Shown piece after piece: positions 57,601 through 64,000 of a stretch of 64,000 nucleotides of DNA (position 1 is the first letter of the stretch; every line of letters begins with the position of its first letter). The translations under genes and the position numbers were made by a program. The notes beneath the pieces were generated by a model. It saw nothing but the letters and a program-made list of their open reading frames with translations, did no database searches and was not told where the DNA came from. The stretch comes from Patescibacteria group bacterium (lineage in GTDB: Bacteria > Patescibacteriota > Microgenomatia > CAYGWK01), in NCBI GenBank assembly GCA_049322615.1, contig JBMORX010000005.1, positions 395 through 64,394 of the forward strand. The letters run 5' to 3'.

Positions 57601-59396
57601 CCGGAACCCAGATTAAAACAATTGAGATGCCGATTTATCAATATGCGGCTAACGCCGATGATACGGATATCGCTGCTTCAAATGGAATCGATAATACTGC
57701 CTATACCAATAACGGTCCCCAATTTTCCTTAAACATTCCCGAGACAATGGTTGACTGTCGAACTGATTTAACTGGCACCAATCCTTGTTATGCCTATGTT
57801 GAGTGGCGAACGATTCTTAGCGTGGCAAATGTGACTTCTGGGGAAATGAAGTTTCGTATAGGTACAAGTGCTTTTAAAACTTTATCCTTAACTACCTTAA
57901 ATACCAACTCTGGCGAAAGCCAGTCTCTTATTATTCGTATGGATGTCACCAGTGAAGTGGCTCAAGGAAATAATACTTATAACTTTAATGCTAATGTGGA
58001 TGTGGCTAGAAATACCGATTCAGCCAAATTAATCGTGACTTATGAATATGATGATTCTGCCACAACCCAGGTAAAAACGGTCAGGTATGCCTTGCCGACT
58101 AAAGAAAGCCAATCAGCCGCAAACACAAATGATACATTAACTAGCACCCTAAACCCTAATCTCCAAGAAGCTAACATTTCCATCCAAAAAGCCTGGATTG
58201 AATTAACAGGTCAGGTTTCGGCGGGGACCGCGGACACGGGGACTAGAGCCATTATACAAGATAGCAATGTGTATCCAGTGGGTAGTGGTGCAACGAACTT
58301 AACGATGATGGATGGAGACAATAAAACCACTATGGATTTTGTGGCCATGTATGAACCTTCTAATGTAGTAGCTTCCGGAGCCGGTCCTATGGAATTGAAT
58401 TATAATGCAGCGAATACAATTGCTATGCGAAACGCTGGTCAGGTCATGAATCTAAAAGGTGGAGAACTTTTGATTACCTATAATTACAGCTATTACAATA
58501 CTTCCAGTACCACCCACCGCAACGCTGTCCGCTATTATGTGGGGCAGTTAGACGGAGCCCTACCCACATCTTATACTCAAATAGGGGCGCCGGTGGTTTA
58601 TCTACCGGAAAGCTCGCTGGCAAACTATAATGTTTATCTTAAGGTAGTGGGGACGAATGTTGACAATACTGGTACTAGGTATAGAGTGACCATTACTGGT
58701 GGTTCGGCAGTAGAATATCCCTCTGCCACAACTTATTATGCGGCGGCGATTTCCGAGCAGGCAGGTAGAGAAGTTATTTTTATTGATATTTCAAGCAATT
58801 TTTCCAGCAATTGGAGTAGCGGCGATACAGTGACGGTTGAGGCAATAGCAGAGGCGGCGTCTGATCATTATGCCATTGGAGCGGAACTTGTTATTTCCTA
58901 TAATTTTACTATCCCGGTGGGTAGTGGCACTTTTACCAATATTAAGACGGTTAATTGGTTTATTGGACAACAAACAGCCAAAGCAGCAGATAATTGGTCG
59001 CCCACTTTTAACACCTATATCCCCGAAACCTCAACCACTGTACGATCTTCGGGAGGGGAGGGAAATTACGTTATCTCTGATACAGGAAACTGGTACAAAG
59101 GTCTTCAGGTAGCCAGTGTTGGCAATGATTCAAGTTATACCACTACAGGCGAGAATGTTACGCTTTCAAACTTTTCTAGTACAGGCTTAACCGGTTCCTC
59201 GCAAACTAGCGTCTCTGCGATTATAAGGGTTTCCGATGGTAGTTCAGCATGGAAGGATTCCCTGAAAGGGGGTATCACTTTTACCACCTATGAGGTTTCT
59301 GCGCCCCAGGCGCCGGAAAAAGCGTTAATGCTTTTATTTGTTGCACCATTTTTACCTAAAATAGTAGAATGGTGGAGAAGGAAATATTTGCAATGA
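54669..59396 (+). CDS. multidomain membrane protein: tandem transposase-type HTH (N-term) + processive GT2 glycosyltransferase (cellulose/chitin-synthase-like) + long Thr/Ser/Asn-rich beta-type extracellular region + C-terminal sorting-signal-like tail
   Basis: HTH repeats (KFKISRKTFYAWKKRY; EFVVSRKTLWKWAKRY); GT2 motifs DDSTD, FDAD, QRMRW; 1575 codons without stop; C-terminus APEKALMLLFVAPFLPKIVEWWRRKYLQ. Confidence 0.65.
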   Translation: MTAQEKLKILQKVLKEGASVSSVCRKFKISRKTFYAWKKRYLAVGPRGKITCLEKRHLRGLQHPRGLRLRFKKDILRLVTLHPEWGSHTLNKKLKIKNKILGNHGVYSLLKELGLETYLKRKEFAGDYRSPLRLLPEARKRMVERVILAQEKVGEVAGEFVVSRKTLWKWAKRYKEGQEMQDQNPTGSSHPRGTPEWLEKKILEAIVRNPEYSTHKLAQIIPKIGNHGIQNVLLRNGLNTFDRRLVYARTHAPVSLVQPITGWLNRLKSVWQTFVPTIAPAPPPKIFQIFRRASPPFLLSFLTSSILSFLFLLWLSMISSYPAFLRPGLFFASISLLVGSFFFLYSMKYYFTLALVLSFSTQTSEVGPASVDTSARQGWLARIFGIGNGALRGLTSLKSSTEVRPPLGGGLQPNLEHIKLERYPFISVHLPFYNEKKVAERILSACTSFDYPHYEVIVCDDSTDETVEIINEWKDHPRVKILHRPTREGFKGGALREALKHLDPKTEFVIIFDADFIPYPDTLEMFVKYFKATGGWNEQQSYQATRLSSMPYDTFSKVEISTSTSSVLEKQVEELRKKNNIACVAGYQWHVLNKSENWITRGVRTEYAGSYVIERPGQEILGALKIIHGSVYCIRADVLKHFGWGTSITEDFELTLRIYEKGFKVVYTPYVQAPSECVSTIKRLIRQRMRWAEGHSFNVRKMFLRLLFGKWETVKTEDRGRTTDTEDREQKTEHQPSVIGFQNPSSAFSLPSSRRWVPSKLTFAEKLEFLYLSPYYLQAFFFLIGTFSWLISETVFPARLPFWTSLWGWSLVLTNFFALPLVNAVGLFLEESEERDYLGILSFVALSYLLVPFQAYAAVKGFLESQEGPWFRTPKTGKITDIFTRGRFYRWITGILPGRAKPSLAPIAADISADQRGFFNQPLSAYVALATANNHFNRFHIKPKKMRWLAKTFLAVLLILSLNLSWLSFKVPLAHASPGTQIKTIEMPIYQYAANADDTDIAASNGIDNTAYTNNGPQFSLNIPETMVDCRTDLTGTNPCYAYVEWRTILSVANVTSGEMKFRIGTSAFKTLSLTTLNTNSGESQSLIIRMDVTSEVAQGNNTYNFNANVDVARNTDSAKLIVTYEYDDSATTQVKTVRYALPTKESQSAANTNDTLTSTLNPNLQEANISIQKAWIELTGQVSAGTADTGTRAIIQDSNVYPVGSGATNLTMMDGDNKTTMDFVAMYEPSNVVASGAGPMELNYNAANTIAMRNAGQVMNLKGGELLITYNYSYYNTSSTTHRNAVRYYVGQLDGALPTSYTQIGAPVVYLPESSLANYNVYLKVVGTNVDNTGTRYRVTITGGSAVEYPSATTYYAAAISEQAGREVIFIDISSNFSSNWSSGDTVTVEAIAEAASDHYAIGAELVISYNFTIPVGSGTFTNIKTVNWFIGQQTAKAADNWSPTFNTYIPETSTTVRSSGGEGNYVISDTGNWYKGLQVASVGNDSSYTTTGENVTLSNFSSTGLTGSSQTSVSAIIRVSDGSSAWKDSLKGGITFTTYEVSAPQAPEKALMLLFVAPFLPKIVEWWRRKYLQ

Positions 59397-61954
59397 AAGA
59401 TTTAAGGCGACTTTTGTTTTTTCTTTTTTTTCTTTCTGGTTTCTCTGCTTTGGTTTATGAGGTAGTTTGGGCAAGAAAGCTTTCTTTAGTTTTTGGAACA
59501 ACAGTTTTTGCTGTGAGTTCGATTCTGGCGGTGTTTTTTGCGGGATTAGCGATTGGAAGCTGGGTTTTTGGTCACTTCGTGGATCATCCGAATAGAATGC
59601 GAATGAAAATAATCCGAATAAACGCGAATACGCCACTATTACTTTATGGTTTGTTAGAATTGGGGATCGGGTTGTATGCGGCGGGGACGCCGTGGATTTT
59701 TAAGCTGGTTGAGAACCTGCAGGTTTCTTTTTGGCAGAAATTTACACCCAATTTTTACGGGTTTAGCCTTTTTACCTTTTTTCTTTCCTTTCTGGGCTTG
59801 ATTATTCCGACTACTTTAATGGGTGGAACTTTACCTGTTTTATCTAAATTCTTGGTTAGAGAAGAGGAAGAGATTGGGAGTGGAGTAGGGGTTTTGTATT
59901 TTGTCAATACTTTAGGGGCGACAATGGGAGCACTTCTTGCAGGATTTTGGTTGATTGCTACCCTTGGGGTTAGTCAAACAATCTGGACAGCAACAGTAAT
60001 TAACATCCTCATTGGAATAACAGTGCTTTGGTTAACGCGAATAAATGCTGATATTAAGCTGACGCATGTTGATGTCAGCGCCGATAAGCGCCAATCAGAA
60101 TCGGTTCCAATCAGCACCAATCAGCGAATATTGTTAGCCGCTTTTGCCCTCATGGGCTTCAGTGCCCTGGCTCTGGAAGTGCTTTGGACTCGTGTCTTAA
60201 TTTTATTTTTTGGCGGTTCGGTTTATGCTTTTACGACTGTTTTAGTGACTTTTTTGCTAGGGATAGCGCTGGGGAGCGCGATGGTAAGTAAGTTATTAAG
60301 CTACTACGCTATCAAGAATCTTTTGCTGTGGTTTGGGGCTGGAGCAGTAATTCTGGGAATTTCAGTGATTGTGAGCACCCCCTTTTTTCAAGAAATGCCC
60401 TTTTGGCTTTTAGGGATTCTTAAGGAGGCTCGTGGTTCTTTTGGAACAGTCACCGTTTGGGAATTTATTCTTTCTTTTTTAATTATGTTTGTTCCCACTT
60501 TTTTGATGGGGGTACTATTTCCTCTAGGAGTAAAGATTTATACCCAGGAGTTGGCTGGTCTAGGCCAATCGGTGGGTAGACTTTATGGCGTTAACACCTT
60601 CGGAGGAATTCTCGGTTCTTTGGCAGCCGGATTTTTACTTGTTCCCCTAATTGGTGTTCAAAAAGGAATTTGGCTGGCGGCAATACTTTATTTTTTAGTG
60701 GGCGGGGCAATTTTAATAAAGGCTGGAATCAATAAAACAGTCAAATTATTGACATATTCCTTTATATTTTTAATTATTTCGATAGGGTATTTCTTGCCAT
60801 CTTGGAACAAACATTTTTTGGTTTCTGGACCTTTTGCTAATTGGCGATTTTTTGTTTGGGACAGTCGGGAACAGGCAGAAAAAAGAATGCAAGCCTCGGA
60901 GCTTCTTTATTATAAAGAGGGGTTGGAAGCGGTGGTGGCGGTGAAAAAGAGCGGGGAGCAGATTTTTTTGCGGATTAACGGTAAAACCGATGCAGCCACA
61001 GGCTTGGACATGGATACCCAGATTCTCTCGGGACAGTTGCCAATGCTTTTACACCCAAACCCCCAGGATGTTTTAGTGATTGGTTTGGGTTCAGGGATTA
61101 CTTTGGGATCGGTGGAAACCTATCTTCTTAAAATCGTTGAGGCAGTAGAAATTGAACCGGCGGTGGTCGAGGCGGCAAAGTATTTTTCCGAGGCAAACTG
61201 GAATGCCTTGGAGGATAAAAGATTAAAAATGATTGTCGGAGACGGCCGGCATTATCTTTTGGGGACTTCAAAGAAATACGATATCATTACTTCCGAGCCT
61301 TCAAATCCTTATCTTGCCGGGCCCTCCAAACTCTTTACCAAAGAGTATTTTAATCTGGTTAAAAGTCGTTTAAAGGAAGAGGGACTTGTGGCTCAGTGGA
61401 TTCAATTGTATACCTTAGATACCCAAGATCTGAAAATGGTCATTAAAACTTTTCAAAGCGTTTTTCCTTATGTGACTGTTTGGGATAACCTTTCTTCGTA
61501 TGATCTTCTACTGATAGGAAGCGAGGAACCTCAAGAACTTGACCTTTCTTTGCTGGGGAAAAAATTTAGGGAAGAAAAGATAAAAAAGGATTTAGCGAGA
61601 ATTTTTATTGAAAATCCCGAGCAGTTTTTAAGTTATTTAGCCTTAGACAGTCGGGGAGTGGAAGATTTTACCCAAGGAGCAAAGGAAAATACAGATAACC
61701 ACCCGATTTTGGAATTTTCCGCCCCCAAAACCCTTTATCAGGCAACGACAAGCAAAAACATAGAGAGCTTTAAGGATTTAAGACCCAAATTGGGTGGTAA
61801 ATACGCTGAATTTCGCCAGCATGTAGTTTTGGCAAAGATGTATTTTACTCGGGGAGAAAATGAGAAAGCGGTGGCAGAATATAAAGAAGCCCTAAGGATT
61901 GATCCGGAGAACGGTTGGGTAAAACTAACCCTTGAGGGGTTAAAAGGAAGATGA
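59369..61954 (+). CDS. fused multi-TM domain + spermidine-synthase-fold domain + TPR protein
   Basis: N-terminal approx 12 TM; C-terminal VLVIGLGSGITLG...DIITSEPSNPYLAG aminopropyltransferase fold; C-terminal TPR. Confidence 0.7.
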   Translation: MVEKEIFAMKDLRRLLFFLFFLSGFSALVYEVVWARKLSLVFGTTVFAVSSILAVFFAGLAIGSWVFGHFVDHPNRMRMKIIRINANTPLLLYGLLELGIGLYAAGTPWIFKLVENLQVSFWQKFTPNFYGFSLFTFFLSFLGLIIPTTLMGGTLPVLSKFLVREEEEIGSGVGVLYFVNTLGATMGALLAGFWLIATLGVSQTIWTATVINILIGITVLWLTRINADIKLTHVDVSADKRQSESVPISTNQRILLAAFALMGFSALALEVLWTRVLILFFGGSVYAFTTVLVTFLLGIALGSAMVSKLLSYYAIKNLLLWFGAGAVILGISVIVSTPFFQEMPFWLLGILKEARGSFGTVTVWEFILSFLIMFVPTFLMGVLFPLGVKIYTQELAGLGQSVGRLYGVNTFGGILGSLAAGFLLVPLIGVQKGIWLAAILYFLVGGAILIKAGINKTVKLLTYSFIFLIISIGYFLPSWNKHFLVSGPFANWRFFVWDSREQAEKRMQASELLYYKEGLEAVVAVKKSGEQIFLRINGKTDAATGLDMDTQILSGQLPMLLHPNPQDVLVIGLGSGITLGSVETYLLKIVEAVEIEPAVVEAAKYFSEANWNALEDKRLKMIVGDGRHYLLGTSKKYDIITSEPSNPYLAGPSKLFTKEYFNLVKSRLKEEGLVAQWIQLYTLDTQDLKMVIKTFQSVFPYVTVWDNLSSYDLLLIGSEEPQELDLSLLGKKFREEKIKKDLARIFIENPEQFLSYLALDSRGVEDFTQGAKENTDNHPILEFSAPKTLYQATTSKNIESFKDLRPKLGGKYAEFRQHVVLAKMYFTRGENEKAVAEYKEALRIDPENGWVKLTLEGLKGR

Positions 61955-62520
61955 GAGGTCCAAAAGCCACTTTTTCTACGATTTTCCTTATTTTGGTCAT
62001 CACCTTGATGATCCTGCCTTTTTTGACTACCTTTAATGAGTTTTTGACTGCCTTGATTTACAAAATTGGTTGGTATCGGGTGATACAAGATTTTCTTCTT
62101 CCTTTTGAAACACGGATGATTGTCGTGGTCGTGGAAATTTTAGGGCAGAAAGCAGTTGCGGGGATCTCCACGGTTAGTGTTTTGCGCGATGATGTCTGGC
62201 AAAAAATTGCTATTTCCTGGAACTGTATTGGTTGGCAATCGGCTTTAGTTTTATTCGTAACTCTCTTAACTGGTCTTCAAGGACCATATACTAAAGTCTC
62301 TAAGTTGGAGTGTCTGGCGATAGGGATTTTAGGGACGTTTCTGATTAATATTTTAAGAATCAGCTTGGTGGCGATTTTGATTGTTTATATCAATGCCATT
62401 CCCGCCACCGTTGCTCATGATTATTTTTCTGCCTTCATCTTAATTCTTTGGCTTTTTTTCTATTGGTGGTTCTCGTATAGTTTTGTATTAGAAGAGAAGA
62501 TAATAAGAGAAGACGGATGA
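61951..62520 (+). CDS. exosortase/archaeosortase-family-like small polytopic membrane protein
   Basis: 189 aa, about 6 TM; conserved Cys in SWNCIGWQS followed about 40 aa later by NILRI (N..R), the order of exosortase catalytic residues. Confidence 0.45.
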   Translation: MRGPKATFSTIFLILVITLMILPFLTTFNEFLTALIYKIGWYRVIQDFLLPFETRMIVVVVEILGQKAVAGISTVSVLRDDVWQKIAISWNCIGWQSALVLFVTLLTGLQGPYTKVSKLECLAIGILGTFLINILRISLVAILIVYINAIPATVAHDYFSAFILILWLFFYWWFSYSFVLEEKIIREDG

Positions 62521-62585
62521 CTGAGGACTGAAGACCGATGTTGAGGACGGAAGAGGGAAAGCAGATACCGGAGAAAGTTATTTTC

Positions 62586-62846
62586 TTAATTCCGAACTTT
62601 AACTCTTAGACTATTTTTTAAGCTTCTTGACAAAGTCGGCGGTTGAGATTTCCAGATCCCGAAGAATTCCTTTAAAGGTTCCCTTTTTGATTTTGTTCTG
62701 CCAGCGTGAATGGGAATGACCACTCTTCTTTTAGTTTCTGGATTTCTTAAAACTAGATGGCTGCCCTTCTGGTGATCTTTGACAAAGCCGAGTTTTTGGG
62801 CAACCTTGATGATTTCTTTATGGGTGACAACAGGCAGTTTAGTCAT
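62586..62846 (-). pseudogene. hicA: HicA-family toxin, frameshifted
   Basis: MTKLPVVTHKEIIKVAQKLGFVKDHQKGSHLVL...RRVVIPIHAGR, then canonical C-terminus IKKGTFKGILRDLEISTADFVKKLKK is in another frame (62590-62670). Confidence 0.55.
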
Positions 62847-63103
62847 GCCAGGGCAAGTCTGCCAGTTTTGGGAGAGGAAACACGGACAGTGGCAATCACT
62901 TGTTCGTCTACCTGTTCAACCGGGATTTCTTCTCCATGTTTGGCTAGGCTTTCCAGATAGGCCTCAATAGCCTCGGCAATATTTTTCTTTGCCTCATCCA
63001 AGGTCTCACCATAAGAATGACAACCTCGCAAAGTGGGACAATAAGCATGATAACCGCCGTCTTTTTCTGGCTCGAAGATAACACGAAAATTTTGAGTAAC
63101 CAT
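62843..63103 (-). CDS. hicB: HicB-family antitoxin
   Basis: YHAYCPTLRGCHSYGETLDEAKKNIAEAIEAYLE. Confidence 0.7.
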   Translation of the reverse strand: MVTQNFRVIFEPEKDGGYHAYCPTLRGCHSYGETLDEAKKNIAEAIEAYLESLAKHGEEIPVEQVDEQVIATVRVSSPKTGRLALA

Positions 63104-63301
63104 AGATAAATTTATGATAGCAAAAAAGAAAATTTAAGTCAATGAGTCAATAAAAATCACTCTGCCAGATTTTCTATCTCTTGATTATTCAGGTTTCCAA
63201 TTTGCAGACACCGGAGAAAGTGATTTTCTTGATTCCGGTGGTGATATTTCTACCCAAGTTGGTCGAGTGGGTGAGAAGGAGATTCGCGAAAGAAGGAGTA
63301 A

Positions 63302-63712
63302 CTAGGAGTTGAGGATTGTCTTGAAATCCCTCATGATGAGCTCAATTGCCTCAAGACATTCAAGTCTTCCCAAAACTGGAGGAAAATCGTCACGTTTTAA
63401 AAACCCCACCGGTATCTTTGTTGCCCAAGTGCCGATTTTTATCGACAAAGCCTTATACTGATAAACAGTTTCTGTGCCTCCGACACCAAAGGTGATCTCT
63501 GTCCGACAATCAGATGTCAAGTCAATTCCCAGTATTTGGGCATAGCGTTTTGGCAAAAGTGTATAGTCCGCCCCTGTGTCTACAAGCATTTCTACTGGTT
63601 GCCAGGCTTTCCTTGCTTTTGAGTAAAGCAAAAGATGAAGATAGGGACGAAAAATTTTTCCCAGAAAGGTCTTTCCCTTATAGGTGAAAGGTTCGAAAGT
63701 TATCTGGGGCAT
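63302..63712 (-). CDS. retropepsin-like aspartic protease
   Basis: LVDTGAD active site. Confidence 0.6.
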   Translation of the reverse strand: MPQITFEPFTYKGKTFLGKIFRPYLHLLLYSKARKAWQPVEMLVDTGADYTLLPKRYAQILGIDLTSDCRTEITFGVGGTETVYQYKALSIKIGTWATKIPVGFLKRDDFPPVLGRLECLEAIELIMRDFKTILNS

Positions 63713-63942
63713 AAAATTAAGATGTAAGAGATATCAGGGCGGGGGATAAAAACGATTGTTGGTGTTTCTTTGTATTTTTTTTCTAAACGCTTGATATCAG
63801 CTAAGCCAGCTTTGCCTCTTTTCAGGGGAATAATTTCTCGCTTTACTACTAAAACATGTTTTCCGGCAAATTTTGCCGCTTGAGGATGACGTCCTGAAAG
63901 AAGGGCAGTCAAAATCTGGCGGGTTGTTTTTGCTTTCTTCAT
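63700..63942 (-). CDS. small protein partner of retropepsin-like protease
   Basis: 80 aa; overlaps protease start; similar to 24895-25107. Confidence 0.4.
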   Translation of the reverse strand: MKKAKTTRQILTALLSGRHPQAAKFAGKHVLVVKREIIPLKRGKAGLADIKRLEKKYKETPTIVFIPRPDISYILILCPR

Positions 63943-64000
63943 ACCTTAAATGATAAGAAACTTTCCGTTTATTGTCAACTAGCTGTTCTGGTTACATACT

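Overview
The window is a gene-dense, AT-rich bacterial chromosomal segment whose gene content resembles a reduced Candidate-Phyla-Radiation (Patescibacteria)-like genome; this placement is inference from gene content only. Content in order: nrdR-nrdD-nrdG (anaerobic class III ribonucleotide reductase); a cluster of tRNAs, tyrosine recombinase and hicBA toxin-antitoxin genes; trpS; an ftsH gene carrying a LAGLIDADG-type intein; 5'-3' exonuclease, mutM and recF; a Fic protein; an ATP-dependent DNA ligase; a Ca2+ P-type ATPase with a Ca2+/Na+ exchanger; a run of DNA-repair glycosylases/alkyltransferase (EndoQ-like PHP protein, AlkA-like, Mpg, MGMT); pth; csoR with a frameshifted copA; trxA/trxB; several toxin-antitoxin pairs (RelE, HicAB x2, Phd-RelE); and a large membrane GT2 glycosyltransferase locus with an exosortase-like gene. 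There are four 'four-helix-bundle' (rRNA-IVS-type) proteins and two GxxExxY proteins. The sequence also carries at least eight short repeat families (labelled A, B, C, E, F, G, H, J, K, T here). Many are palindromic, and many are inserted in frame inside conserved housekeeping genes. The most unusual observations are: (i) three genes (pth, a PHP/EndoQ-like gene, fic) are preceded by a uORF that copies the gene's own N-terminus, runs through a palindromic E-family element and stops overlapping or 4 nt before the real start; (ii) a complete tRNA-Ile(UAU) sits between the two halves of a second tRNA-like gene; (iii) a membrane glycosyltransferase with an N-terminal transposase-type HTH and a C-terminal adhesin-like domain ends in a sorting-signal-like tail and lies two genes upstream of an exosortase-like protein; (iv) a small-protein plus retropepsin-like aspartic protease pair occurs twice. 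No rRNA genes or CRISPR arrays were seen.
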